Origin: Candidatus Omnitrophota bacterium | Lineage (GTDB): Bacteria > Omnitrophota > Gorgyraeia > Zapsychrales > Zapsychraceae | Length of the DNA: 64,000 nt | Assembly: GCA_023247445.1 (NCBI GenBank) | Contig: JAHFGL010000007.1 | Coordinates: 17,910-81,909 of the forward strand | Direction: 5' to 3' | Shown here: positions 8,241 through 17,619 of the stretch, in pieces | Numbering within the stretch: the first letter of the stretch is position 1 | How the letters are laid out: the number at the start of each line of letters is the position of its first letter | Program-made: the position numbers and the translations under genes | The notes under the pieces: model-generated | Told to the model about the DNA's origin: nothing | The model's database searches: none | Seen by the model: the letters and a program-made list of their open reading frames with translations, nothing else

Positions 8241-9515
8241 TTATGAGCCAACCAGCAACAAATCACTCAATTCTTTTTCTTGAGATGCGCTGACAGGCCC
8301 AACAACCGCCAAATTGAACCTTTTCTCGTCTAGAACTTCCTTAGCCACACGCCCAATATCTTCCCTTGTAACCTTTTCAAACTCGCTTATCACAGCCTTC
8401 AAAGACTTCATTTCATCTTTTGAAACCATATCTTCCCCAATCCAGAGCATATGATCCATCGTGTCTTCCAGGCCTAGGAGCAACTGGCCCAAAAGATAAT
8501 CTTTACCTCTTCGAAATTCATCCACGCCTACTAAAGAGGTCTTCATCCTCTTTAGTTCCTTAAGGATGACTCGCACCGTTTCCACAATTTTTTTGTTATC
8601 GACCCCAGCGCGAATCATAAAAAGACCTGTGTCATGTAACGCTTTAGAGCTGCTGCCAATTGAATACGCTAGCCCCCTCTTTTCGCGAACCTCTACAAAC
8701 AATCGGCTGGACATGTTGCCACCTAAAATAATACTCAATAAGCTTAGCGCATAGCGCTTCTTATTATGTTCATCAAAGCCTAACATTCCTAAAGCCAAAT
8801 GCATTTGTTCAATATCTTTTTTAAAGAATTTCACACTCGGCCTTGATTGGGCCTCATTAACCTTCAAATAACCGATCTTAGGGGACGCTTTAATCTTCCC
8901 CAATTTCTTTTCTACTAATTTGACAACTTTTTCATGCGATAGCTTCCCACACACGGAAACAACAATATTGCCAGGAGCATAATGTGTTTGATGAAAGTTG
9001 TGTAAGTCTTGCGAGCTCATCTTTGAAACAGTTTCAACCGTTCCCGTCAATGTTTTCCCAAGGGGATGATGAGGCCAAAGTAAACCATCTAAAAGTTCCA
9101 AAACAAAATATTGGGGCAGATCATGATACATTTTGATTTCTTCCAAAATAACCGTGCGCTCTTTATCGACATCTTTAGGAGTAATCTTGGGATAAAAAAC
9201 CATGTCCGCCAAGACATCAAAGGTTTGTTCCAAATGTTTGGCGGGAATTTTGGCATAAAAACAAGTTTGCTCTTCAGAGGTAAACGCATTAAGCGCCCCA
9301 CCAACACCCTCAATCTTCTCTTTAATTTCTTCGCACAAATATTTTTGACTTCCCTTAAAGACAATATGCTCCAGAAAATGCGCCGCGCCTTTAACACGGT
9401 CCTCTTCATATCGGCCGCCAACACCAATCCAAAGACCAATGGAGATGCTATCGCGCTCCTTCATATCATGCGTTACAATGCGTAAGCCGTTAGGCAAAGT
9501 TGTTTTTTTATACAT
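8241..9515 (-). CDS. M16 family zinc peptidase (pitrilysin/insulinase-like)
   Basis: HFLEHIVFKGS inverted zinc motif (HxxEH). The start is placed at MYKKTTLPNGL (9515) with RBS GAGGAG 7 nt upstream. The ORF-track N-terminal extension to 9611 is read-through of a hairpin repeat. Confidence 0.85.
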   Translation of the reverse strand: MYKKTTLPNGLRIVTHDMKERDSISIGLWIGVGGRYEEDRVKGAAHFLEHIVFKGSQKYLCEEIKEKIEGVGGALNAFTSEEQTCFYAKIPAKHLEQTFDVLADMVFYPKITPKDVDKERTVILEEIKMYHDLPQYFVLELLDGLLWPHHPLGKTLTGTVETVSKMSSQDLHNFHQTHYAPGNIVVSVCGKLSHEKVVKLVEKKLGKIKASPKIGYLKVNEAQSRPSVKFFKKDIEQMHLALGMLGFDEHNKKRYALSLLSIILGGNMSSRLFVEVREKRGLAYSIGSSSKALHDTGLFMIRAGVDNKKIVETVRVILKELKRMKTSLVGVDEFRRGKDYLLGQLLLGLEDTMDHMLWIGEDMVSKDEMKSLKAVISEFEKVTREDIGRVAKEVLDEKRFNLAVVGPVSASQEKELSDLLLVGS

Positions 9516-9531
9516 AATGACTGGCTCCTCA

Positions 9532-9565
9532 GTCATCCCCACGCAAGTGGGGATCCAAAAATGAC
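9532..9565. repeat. REP-like palindromic hairpin element, copy 1 (stem ATCCCCAC/GTGGGGAT, loop GCAA, flanked by GTCAT...ATGAC)
   Basis: gtcATCCCCACgcaaGTGGGGATccaaaaatgac lies in the 55-bp trpA-peptidase spacer. The same stem sequence recurs at about 60.3 kb and a related one at 24.0 kb. Confidence 0.6.
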
Positions 9566-9570
9566 AAAAT

Positions 9571-10350
9571 TTATTTCGACAAATTCTTAACAAATCTTGA
9601 AACGTTCCCAACTAAATTTTTATTCCCTTTATTCTTAAAGATCTCGGACACAATCGCGCTTCCTACAATCACGCCATCCGCCATTTTGCCAATGGCTTTA
9701 ACCTGCGCGGGTGTTGATATTCCAAAGCCCACACAAATAGGTTTCTTCGTATAACGCTTGGCCAATTGAATCTGTTTAACATAAGATGATGGAATATTTT
9801 GACGGGCGCCCGTGACGCCGGCGATTGAAACATAGTAAATGAAACCACTCGAAGCCTGCACGATGTGCTTGATACGACTTTGCGTTGTTGTTGGGGCAAT
9901 AAAGAAAACCGTCGCTAAATCTTTGGCGCGCGCATAACGGATTAAGCTTTTTGCTTCTTCCGGTGGTAAATCAGGAACAATCACCCCATCGACCCCACAC
10001 GCCTTGGCCCTGGCAACAAACCGTTCTTCCCCATAATGAAAAATGGGATTGTAATACATCATAAGACAAATGGGGATTTGGGACCTTGTACGAATCTTTT
10101 GGACAAGATCAAAAACTTTTTCTAACGTTGTGCCTTTTTGTAAGGATCGTTGTGAGGCCGCTTGAATGGTTGGGCCATCGGCGAGTGGATCAGAAAAAGG
10201 AATGCCTAATTCCACGATATCAACGCCTGCGCCCTCAAAGGCCAAGACCAATTCCTCAGTCGTTTGAAGATTCGGATCACCAGCGGTAATGAACGCGATG
10301 AAAGCTTTTTTCTTTTTTAATTCCTGAAATTTTTGATCGATTCTATTCAT
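9571..10350 (-). CDS. trpA: Tryptophan synthase alpha chain
   Basis: 259 aa TIM-barrel TrpA signature (ITAGDP, VELGIPFSDPLADGP, GFGIS). A 1-nt overlap with trpB is typical of translational coupling. Confidence 0.93.
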   Translation of the reverse strand: MNRIDQKFQELKKKKAFIAFITAGDPNLQTTEELVLAFEGAGVDIVELGIPFSDPLADGPTIQAASQRSLQKGTTLEKVFDLVQKIRTRSQIPICLMMYYNPIFHYGEERFVARAKACGVDGVIVPDLPPEEAKSLIRYARAKDLATVFFIAPTTTQSRIKHIVQASSGFIYYVSIAGVTGARQNIPSSYVKQIQLAKRYTKKPICVGFGISTPAQVKAIGKMADGVIVGSAIVSEIFKNKGNKNLVGNVSRFVKNLSK

Positions 10351-11528
10351 TAGATTAAATTTTTAATCGAGGCCACATCCTTATCGCCTCGGCCGGAAAG
10401 ACAAACAATGACGGACTTCTGTCCTTTAACTTTTCTCGCCAGCTTCTCTAAATAAGCAATCGCATGTGACGTTTCTAGGGCAGGGATAATCCCTTCTTGT
10501 TTACATAATAATTTTAAACCGCCAATAGCCTCTTGATCCGTCACGCTGACATATTGGGCCCGACCAACTTTCTTAAAATATGAATGTTCTGGTCCGACAC
10601 CGGGATAATCTAATCCAGCGGCTATTGAGTGTGCAATTTTGATTTGACCATCTTTTGTTTGTAACAAATTGCTTTTACTGCCGTGTAAAACGCCGATCGC
10701 GCCTTCGGTTAAAGTTGCCGAATGTTGTCCTGAGCTGAGGCCATGTCCAGCCGCTTCAACGCCAATCATCTTCACACGCTTGTCATTAAAAAACGAATAA
10801 AATAATCCCATCGCATTGCTGCCGCCGCCGACACAAGCGACCAAATAATCAGGCAGCTTCTTTTCTTTAGTCACAAATTGTTTTCGCGCTTCACGGCCGA
10901 TCACTGATTGAAAATCACGTACCATCATCGGATACGGATGCGGCCCCGCGACCGAGCCGATAATATAAAATGTATTACTAACATTCGTCACCCAATCCCG
11001 AATCGCTTCGTTCATCGCATCTTTTAAAGTTTTCGATCCACTGGTGACCGGATTAACTTTAGCGCCAAGGAGTTTCATCCGAAAAACATTTAAGGCCTGA
11101 CGCTCAATATCTTCAGCGCCCATATAAATTTCACATTCTAATCCCATAAGCGCTGCCGCGGTGGCGGTGGCAACCCCATGTTGACCAGCACCAGTCTCCG
11201 CAATAATTCGAGTCTTCTTCATTTGCTTAGCAACCAAGACTTGACCTAAAGTGTTATTGATCTTATGCGCGCCGGTATGAAGAAGATCCTCGCGCTTTAA
11301 ATATATTTTGAGTGTTTTAAAATAGGTGCTTAAGCGTTTGGCGAGATATAAATTGGTAGGGCGTCCAGCATATTCACGAAGATAAAATTCAAATTCACTT
11401 TTAAATTTTTTATCGGACTTAAGCTTGGCATAAACATTCTCTAAATCCTCTAAGAGCGCCATCAGCGTCTCGGGAACATACTTGCCGCCAAACTCTCCAA
11501 AATGTCCGTGCTTATCGGGAAAAGACAT
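10350..11528 (-). CDS. trpB: Tryptophan synthase beta chain
   Basis: 392 aa. PLP-lysine motif HTGAHKINN and the glycine-rich loop [10 protein letters not shown]. Confidence 0.95.
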   Translation of the reverse strand: MSFPDKHGHFGEFGGKYVPETLMALLEDLENVYAKLKSDKKFKSEFEFYLREYAGRPTNLYLAKRLSTYFKTLKIYLKREDLLHTGAHKINNTLGQVLVAKQMKKTRIIAETGAGQHGVATATAAALMGLECEIYMGAEDIERQALNVFRMKLLGAKVNPVTSGSKTLKDAMNEAIRDWVTNVSNTFYIIGSVAGPHPYPMMVRDFQSVIGREARKQFVTKEKKLPDYLVACVGGGSNAMGLFYSFFNDKRVKMIGVEAAGHGLSSGQHSATLTEGAIGVLHGSKSNLLQTKDGQIKIAHSIAAGLDYPGVGPEHSYFKKVGRAQYVSVTDQEAIGGLKLLCKQEGIIPALETSHAIAYLEKLARKVKGQKSVIVCLSGRGDKDVASIKNLI

Positions 11529-11560
11529 AGGGCCTATTCAACCATAAAATATTTGATAAG

Positions 11561-13210
11561 TCAATTTGCATTCTTTGTTTGCATCTCAATTAAGCACTGT
11601 AAAACCTCTAATTCATTCTTATCAAACCAAATCATCTGACAGGAGTAACAACGGTCGACTTCGATACGGTATGCCTCTGTATAAAAAACCCGATTCATCG
11701 GACTTTTGTTAATAGTAAAACATTTTGGACATGGCCATAGAGTTTGCGGATCACGATTAATGGGTTTGACTTTCCAGGTTGTCATTTCCTTCCTTAAAAC
11801 TTCGGCGATTCTCACAACTTCTTCTGAGAAACCAACATCTTGCCGAATTATTATACGTTGCACATCATTTTCCACAACCAGTGTGCCTGCACAAAAAGAA
11901 CATTTATCAGCTTCGGTTCCTTCATAATTAACCTTTGTCATTGGAATCTTACAGCGAGGGCAATCGACCCTAAGTGGCTTTGGGGCTCCCGACTTAAAAA
12001 AACTTTTAACTTCGGGATCTTGATAAGCCATTTGAACATTTCCCCCCACGCGCTGAATCCATGTCTCCGGCTTTAACCAATCAAAGCTAATAATTTTATT
12101 AAAATCATATGGACCCTGCCATGCGCCATCTTTGTTAATCATCCAATCTGTCTTAGCCGCAGGACTACTCATGGGGGCTTCAACTCGAGGCCTTTTACTT
12201 TTCTGATCAACTGATTGTTCTAAAGTTTTTGCATCGGTATGAGCCATATCAAGTAAAATTTTCAATCGACTTCTTATCGGAGGATGCGTTGAAAATAAAT
12301 CTGCAACAAAGCCGTCTTCTTCATCGAGCGCTGAGAATTGTGGATTAACAATAAAGATCGCTTCCAATTCATCCTGAGGCAATCCCTCCCCTCGCCAACG
12401 ATAAGAAATGGCATATAACGCCTCGGCTAGACTTAAGGGATCTCGCGTTAAACGCACCGCAATCGCATCTGCGCGGTATTCTCGTTCGCGTGAAACAAAC
12501 ATAAGCGCCAGTTGACTAAAAAACCGTGTAGCCGCAAGTAAAACATAAATCAAAATAAGTGGAACAACCGCTCGACTGTCTCGATTCGATTGCCTACCGC
12601 CACTAAAAAAACTATCTAATCCATTTAAAATAGCACTATAAATTCCAAACAAAGATGTTGTCACCGTTGTCGTCAAGCAGTCGCCCGAGACAATATGAGC
12701 GGCTTCGTGCCCAACAATGGCCTCGAGTTGAGCCCGCGTTGATCGTGCCAATACGCCTTCAGTCACACCAATAATCGCCCTCCCATCAAAATCGGCTAAC
12801 GCAAAGGCATTCATCGCTGATGTTGGAAGGACAACTCCTGTTATTTTCTTGCCTCCGGTGGCAACACTCACCTCATCTAAAATATTTTGAAACATTTGAT
12901 GATAAGTATCTTTGGGGTTAAGATTCTCCGCTCGAAGAACCCCTAAAATTTTAAGAATCAGGTTATCGACAGTGTAGTACCAATGGGCCAAGCCCACAAA
13001 GAAAGCTAAAATTAAAACCAACATGGTGTGGGAAAATCCAAGAAAGGAGAATGTAAAGTCTTGGGTAGATTTGTATTCGTAACGAAAATAATTAGTAATT
13101 AACAATGCCATGAGCCAAAAAACCAAAAAATAAAATACGATCAAAAAAAAGAAGACAAATCCGATTGTCTTGGATTTGTCTTCTTCAATTTTAGTAAAAG
13201 AATACGGCAT
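11561..13210 (-). CDS. M48 family membrane metalloprotease fused to DUF4339-like module and two TFIIB-type zinc ribbons
   Basis: N-terminal TM helices and HEAAHIVSGD (HExxH). Downstream are W..KDGAWQGPYDFNKI, then CPRC...CSFC and CPKC...CYSCQMIWFDKNELEVL (zf-TFIIB-like, CxxC-N-CxxC-WFD-gEL). Confidence 0.85.
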   Translation of the reverse strand: MPYSFTKIEEDKSKTIGFVFFFLIVFYFLVFWLMALLITNYFRYEYKSTQDFTFSFLGFSHTMLVLILAFFVGLAHWYYTVDNLILKILGVLRAENLNPKDTYHQMFQNILDEVSVATGGKKITGVVLPTSAMNAFALADFDGRAIIGVTEGVLARSTRAQLEAIVGHEAAHIVSGDCLTTTVTTSLFGIYSAILNGLDSFFSGGRQSNRDSRAVVPLILIYVLLAATRFFSQLALMFVSREREYRADAIAVRLTRDPLSLAEALYAISYRWRGEGLPQDELEAIFIVNPQFSALDEEDGFVADLFSTHPPIRSRLKILLDMAHTDAKTLEQSVDQKSKRPRVEAPMSSPAAKTDWMINKDGAWQGPYDFNKIISFDWLKPETWIQRVGGNVQMAYQDPEVKSFFKSGAPKPLRVDCPRCKIPMTKVNYEGTEADKCSFCAGTLVVENDVQRIIIRQDVGFSEEVVRIAEVLRKEMTTWKVKPINRDPQTLWPCPKCFTINKSPMNRVFYTEAYRIEVDRCYSCQMIWFDKNELEVLQCLIEMQTKNAN

Positions 13211-13235
13211 GTTTTAATAGAACAACAGCCCAAAT

Positions 13236-13790
13236 TTAAAACTTAACTTCTGGGACCTTCTTCTCTGCAATGTCTTCAATCTCGAAAAATTCCCGCTTTT
13301 GGAATCCAAAAGAATTGGCGATAACAGAATCGGGGAAAGATTGCACCGCAACGTTTAAGCGATTGACTTCATCGTTATAATATTGTCGCGCGAAGGCAAT
13401 TTTATTTTCAGTTGAAGTCAACTCTTCTTGCAGCTTATGCATCTGCCCATCCGCTTTTAAATTTGGATAATTTTCTGAGACAGCAAACAAACTACGCAAG
13501 GTGCTCGTCAACATATTCTCAGCCGCTTGCTTATCTTTAATACTGCTGGCATCAACAGCAACTTGTCGGGCTTTGATGACGTTTTCAAGTGTCGTCTTCT
13601 CGTGCGCCATGTAACCTTTAGCGACCTCAACGAGATTTGGAATCAAATCATGTCGACGTTTAAGTTGCACATCAATCTGCGACCAACCGTTCTTGACATT
13701 CTCACGCAGCTGAACCAGACCATTAAAAACACCAATAGCCCAGAACAAAACTAAAACCAATACTCCTAATAATACCCACAACACCATCAT
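13236..13790 (-). CDS. lemA: LemA family membrane protein
   Basis: 184 aa with one N-terminal TM helix. LRENVKNGWSQIDVQLKRRHDLIPNLVE and FARQYYND are characteristic of LemA. Confidence 0.85.
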   Translation of the reverse strand: MMVLWVLLGVLVLVLFWAIGVFNGLVQLRENVKNGWSQIDVQLKRRHDLIPNLVEVAKGYMAHEKTTLENVIKARQVAVDASSIKDKQAAENMLTSTLRSLFAVSENYPNLKADGQMHKLQEELTSTENKIAFARQYYNDEVNRLNVAVQSFPDSVIANSFGFQKREFFEIEDIAEKKVPEVKF

Positions 13791-13808
13791 ATAAACCTCC
13801 TCTTTGAG

Positions 13809-14603
13809 TTATCTTTCCACTGAAAGCTCTTGGTAAACCAATTTTAATATATCAGCAAACGCTACTCCAAGGGTATCCATTACCGCTTTATTATAACGTT
13901 GCCCGAGATCCGATTCGGCAAAACCAATATACTGCGCTAACTCCTCATCGGTCAAATTTTGGTAAGCATACAAAAATGACAATATTGTCATTTTCTTATA
14001 CTCATCACGATATTGCTCAATATCTTCTCTTGCCTGAGAAGATATTTCTTCGATAGACACCCCAGGGGTTGACCTTATCTTAGTCACAATTGTCAAATCT
14101 TCAACCATTTTCATAGAAGCATCCGTGGCCTTAGTCGCAACGTCAAGCTTCTGAATCATTTCGACACGCTGAGTTTGGCTATAAAGATTTTCAGCCTGTT
14201 GTTGCATTGCCATCATTGCCTCTGGAGTTGCTGTTTGTTTTTCTAGCTGTGTAATACGCAGCGCCAACGGAGACTCATACCACTTTAAAACTTCTTGGGC
14301 ATCTTCCATGCTGATCGAGGCATTAAACTTATTTCGAATTTTGTCCTTTAGCGCATCTGACTTAGAAAATTGGCTCAAGATTTCTGGTAAAGATTCTGCC
14401 TTTTGCAAACCAGAATCCGCCCATTCTTGCATTTGGGCCTGTAATTGTGATGATAACAGATCCACTTGCTCATATATACCAGAACGCTCAATCAACCGAT
14501 CAATCAGATCGTTTTGATCCTGAGCATAGACAGGGCAAACGTTCAAGACCACAAAAAATATAATTCCCAAAAATTTTATATTTATACTTTTTTGCTTGAT
14601 CAT
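13809..14603 (-). CDS. Secreted DUF2059-like protein
   Basis: Signal peptide (FLGIIFFVVLNVCPVYA). An acidic, helical periplasmic protein. The family assignment is from memory. Confidence 0.55.
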   Translation of the reverse strand: MIKQKSINIKFLGIIFFVVLNVCPVYAQDQNDLIDRLIERSGIYEQVDLLSSQLQAQMQEWADSGLQKAESLPEILSQFSKSDALKDKIRNKFNASISMEDAQEVLKWYESPLALRITQLEKQTATPEAMMAMQQQAENLYSQTQRVEMIQKLDVATKATDASMKMVEDLTIVTKIRSTPGVSIEEISSQAREDIEQYRDEYKKMTILSFLYAYQNLTDEELAQYIGFAESDLGQRYNKAVMDTLGVAFADILKLVYQELSVER

Positions 14604-14661
14604 CAGAATCTCCTTTAAATTACCTCGTTATATTACAATCAAAATAAACTTTTGATAACAC

Positions 14662-15423
14662 CTATTGCCCAGGGATATACTCTCGCATCACCATAATTGT
14701 GCGGCCCAAACCAAGAGCGCCATCAATGCGTAGCGGAATCCTGCGTGAGCCGGCATCAAACCAAATATTGTATTGTTTAGGCACGCTTTCCATATAATAC
14801 GCATCAAACTCTTCTTTGACTGCTTTTAATTTGGTCTTACTACGCAACTTGATTTGAATATCTTTTGTCGGCAGATGAATCGCAAAACTTTCCTTATCTT
14901 TAAATTGCCCTTCCTTACGGTATCGATATATAAAACCATAAATATTATCGATTGCCCCAGACTTCGTTATACTTTGATCAATCGTTTTATTGCCAACTTT
15001 TTTAATAATTTTTATCTTTCCATCTTGGTATTCTTCCGTAATTTGCTCCTTCGAGCCGAAGATGTTTAAATTCCGCTCAACCATAACTGGGCGAAATGTT
15101 ATAGGATCCAAATATAATTTCTCTTCATCAAAGAAGTTCATCCCCTTCGCCGTAAAAGTAACACTAAGGACATCCTTCTCTTTAATCTTTGTCGGGCCGT
15201 TAAAAACAAGACTCGCCTCGCCAGCCTTCATCCCAACTTTCTTGATATCGTATTTGATTGTTTCTCCAACTTTAAAAGGAAGTGAAGCTACATCTTGGGC
15301 GGCAGATAAATACGGCGCAGTTGCAGGGAACATCAAAATGGCGGCGATGACTGAAAATTTTAGATATTTAAGGAATTTGTTCAAAGTAGGCTTTCGTAAA
15401 AATATATTTTCGTTTAAAACCAT
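14662..15423 (-). CDS. Secreted DUF3108-like protein
   Basis: N-terminal hydrophobic signal region. Beta-rich with a pattern of aromatic residues resembling DUF3108. The 5' end overlaps the next gene by 56 nt. Confidence 0.5.
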   Translation of the reverse strand: MVLNENIFLRKPTLNKFLKYLKFSVIAAILMFPATAPYLSAAQDVASLPFKVGETIKYDIKKVGMKAGEASLVFNGPTKIKEKDVLSVTFTAKGMNFFDEEKLYLDPITFRPVMVERNLNIFGSKEQITEEYQDGKIKIIKKVGNKTIDQSITKSGAIDNIYGFIYRYRKEGQFKDKESFAIHLPTKDIQIKLRSKTKLKAVKEEFDAYYMESVPKQYNIWFDAGSRRIPLRIDGALGLGRTIMVMREYIPGQ

Positions 15424-15811
15424 GTTTCATCCGATAAAGAAAAAAATAAGCCAAGGGCCTAAGTGGATTAACGATTTGATCGCATAGCATATGCGAACTA
15501 ACACCAACCGCGAGTCCAATCCACATCCAATCAAGATGTAAATAATAAATCAATAGCCAAAATATTAAAAGAAGTTCATACGAATGGAAGAATAAATATA
15601 ATTTCCCTTCTTTATCGTAGGCCCCGTATTTGAAAAGATCGCTGTAACTTAAAGGGATTTCTTTTTTGGCTAAAAAATAATCGACAGGATGATCTAAATC
15701 AATAAATACACCACCCAAAAAACATGCTATAGCGGCGTGCCATGATTTAAACCAAACAATAAGCACAACGGATACCGCAGCTGAAATAGTAACGTGATAA
15801 ATGGGTTTCAT
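15368..15811 (-). CDS. Membrane-bound metal-dependent hydrolase (DUF457/YdjM-like)
   Basis: Four TM segments with a conserved D.DH motif (GGVFIDLDHPVDY) and His residues in the helices. Confidence 0.55.
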   Translation of the reverse strand: MKPIYHVTISAAVSVVLIVWFKSWHAAIACFLGGVFIDLDHPVDYFLAKKEIPLSYSDLFKYGAYDKEGKLYLFFHSYELLLIFWLLIYYLHLDWMWIGLAVGVSSHMLCDQIVNPLRPLAYFFLYRMKHGFKRKYIFTKAYFEQIP

Positions 15812-15939
15812 AATTTGTTTAAACTCTAAATCCTAAACTCAAAACTCTAAATAAACCTAAAATTCAAATATCCAAACTTCAAGTTTTAAATTTTTTCATT
15901 TATGTTTTGAATTTATTTAGAGTTTAGTGTTTTGTGTTT
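15812..15939. repeat. AT-rich spacer with about 7-bp degenerate direct repeats (CTCTAAA/TCCTAAA/CTCAAAA...) plus an inverted partial copy
   Basis: AAACTCTAAATAAA (15837-15850) and TTTATTTAGAGTTT are reverse complements. Heptad-like CT(C)TAAA units are repeated five or more times. Confidence 0.4.
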
Positions 15940-17082
15940 TTATAACTGGTCGTATTCTTTAACATATTGCTCTAGAACCTCTGTTCCCCGGCAAAGAGAT
16001 TTGATAAAAATATATTCATCGGTCGTGTGCGCGGTGCCGTGAGCGCCAAAACCGGTGGCAAAGGCCGGTATCCCATGCTTCTTAAAAAATGTAATGACGG
16101 TTGCCCCTTCACTTCCCCTAATCTCTGCGCGGCAACCCATGCGCTTACAAGTATCTAAATAGGCTTTGACAAAGGGATGGTTTTTATCGATCTCGTAAGG
16201 AAGTTGCAAATCATCAATGACAACCTTATATTTCTTCGTCTCTGATTCAATAATCTTTTTAATCTCTTTTAATACATCTTGTGGTTTCATTCCCGGCAAG
16301 TAACGAGTGTCCAGCGCAAATTCGCAGAAATCAGAAACCATATTTACCTTATCCCCGCCTTTGATGACGCCAATATTTTTTGTTGGCTCGCGCAGAATCC
16401 AATGTTTTTTAAATTTGAATTGATGGCTTTTGAGTTTGTTAATGATACGCGCGGCGATTTCGATGGCATTAACCCCAAGCCAATTATACGCACCGTGCGC
16501 TTTCTTGCCAAAAATCTGGATGCGCGTATGAAGCAGCCCCTTTTGCGCAATGATTGCATCAAATTCATTAGAATCCATGACAACCGCAAATCCGCATTTT
16601 AGAATTTTCTTATCCAAAAGTGGAATGATGCCAGCCTTACTTCCGGTCTCTTCATCAACCGTGGCGGCCATAATGACATCTTTACGTAGGTGCACCTTAT
16701 CTTCAACCAAACTACGCATCACCTCCATACAACTCGTTAAATTTCCCTTATCATCCGTTGAACCTCGCCCATACATCTTCCCTTGATGAATTTGGCCGCC
16801 AAGCGGATTAAATTTCCATCCGCCACCGATAGGAACTGTATCAAAATGCGGCGTCAACAAAATCGCTTCTTTGGCCGCTTGAGCTCTTGGCAATGTTCCT
16901 TTTAATGTTGCGACAATGTTAGGTCGATTTTTGGCAAACGTATACGTTTTAACATCTAAGCCGAGCGACCGCATATCTTTCTCAATAAATTTCGCCAAGG
17001 CGAGTTCATTGCCCGGTGGATTTTCGGAATTATAAGAAATGACTTTTTGTGTAAGCTTAATCAACCGATCTTTATTAATCAT
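15940..17082 (-). CDS. M20 family deacylase (ArgE/DapE-type; acetylornithine deacetylase or succinyl-diaminopimelate desuccinylase)
   Basis: HFDTVP, GRGSTDDKG and the DEE metal-binding motifs, plus a dimerisation-domain insert. 380 aa. Confidence 0.85.
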   Translation of the reverse strand: MINKDRLIKLTQKVISYNSENPPGNELALAKFIEKDMRSLGLDVKTYTFAKNRPNIVATLKGTLPRAQAAKEAILLTPHFDTVPIGGGWKFNPLGGQIHQGKMYGRGSTDDKGNLTSCMEVMRSLVEDKVHLRKDVIMAATVDEETGSKAGIIPLLDKKILKCGFAVVMDSNEFDAIIAQKGLLHTRIQIFGKKAHGAYNWLGVNAIEIAARIINKLKSHQFKFKKHWILREPTKNIGVIKGGDKVNMVSDFCEFALDTRYLPGMKPQDVLKEIKKIIESETKKYKVVIDDLQLPYEIDKNHPFVKAYLDTCKRMGCRAEIRGSEGATVITFFKKHGIPAFATGFGAHGTAHTTDEYIFIKSLCRGTEVLEQYVKEYDQL

Positions 17083-17097
17083 ACATAGCTCCTAATT

Positions 17098-17400
17098 TTA
17101 TTTAAGAAAATCATGCGCCTTCATCGCGCCAATATTACGAGAATAATCTTCATAATCAATGATCATAAGGGCTGGATTTTGTTCTAACAGTTTTAGAATC
17201 TTTGGAACATGGACTCTTACGTTACGAAATGAAATATATTTAAATTCAGTTTGGCAACCCGGACAATTCTTCGATTCTAACTTAATATCAATCTTGTTAC
17301 AGCTGGCACAACTGCCACCAAGATCACCGTAGATAAGAAGATGTGGCTTGATCGCATTGACGTCCTGCTTTTGATAAACACGAATTAAATTATCCGACAT
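17098..17400 (-). CDS. Small Cys-rich (CxxC...CxxC) zinc-ribbon protein, unknown function
   Basis: ATG at 17400 with RBS GAGGAG 7 nt upstream. The ORF-track start at 17415 is a TTG lying inside the RBS. Motifs GGSCASCNK...NCPGCQ. Confidence 0.6.
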   Translation of the reverse strand: MSDNLIRVYQKQDVNAIKPHLLIYGDLGGSCASCNKIDIKLESKNCPGCQTEFKYISFRNVRVHVPKILKLLEQNPALMIIDYEDYSRNIGAMKAHDFLK

Positions 17401-17415
17401 CCCAATTCTCCTCAA

Positions 17416-17449
17416 TATCCCAATTTACCGTCAAAATAGAATTGGGATA
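17416..17449. promoter_or_regulatory. Perfect 10-bp inverted repeat TATCCCAATT-N14-AATTGGGATA overlapping the 5' UTR and RBS of the Cys-rich gene; a third AATTGGG copy sits between RBS and ATG
   Basis: Arms are 17416-17425 and 17440-17449. CCCAATT also occurs at 17401-17407. Confidence 0.4.
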
Positions 17450-17500
17450 GCACTTGTTACATCTTATTTTTATAGAAGGAAAACAAGTACATAGGAAGAG

Positions 17501-17528
17501 ATTATAGCACAGCTGCCGGCAAGTAAAG
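17501..17528 (-). promoter_or_regulatory. Candidate promoter (CTTTAC-N16-TATAAT) for the Cys-rich gene
   Basis: Minus strand reads CTTTACttgccggcagctgtgcTATAAT. The -10 element is a perfect TATAAT at 17506..17501. Confidence 0.35.
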
Positions 17529-17619
17529 TTTGAAAATTAAAAAAAGAGGGGCTTTAGGTGAGAAAATATTTTCGACTTAAAAACTGTGGCTTGATTTTTA
17601 TTAACATCTAAATCAATTT

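Noticed and set aside
8241-9611. N-terminal extension of the M16 peptidase ORF (MGTFQDLLRICRNKFCHFWIPTCVGMTEEPVIM), and the analogous ...IPTKVGI tail of prmC
   Set aside because: These residues are a translation of the palindromic repeat elements. The real peptidase start is the Met at 9515 with a GAGGAG RBS.
14990-15487. 165-aa plus-strand ORF, and similar plus-strand ORFs at 58721..59170, 50749..51144, 46780..47215, 9111..9485 and 3327..3686
   Set aside because: All lie antisense within strongly supported minus-strand genes (DUF3108, serA, cpaF, infB, M16 peptidase, recJ). They have low-complexity or biased composition, no RBS and no recognisable family. They are antisense artefacts.
15866-15874. 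DnaA-box-like TATCCAAAC in the AT-rich spacer
   Set aside because: It is a single degenerate match with no cluster of boxes and no dnaA or dnaN nearby, so it is not a replication origin.
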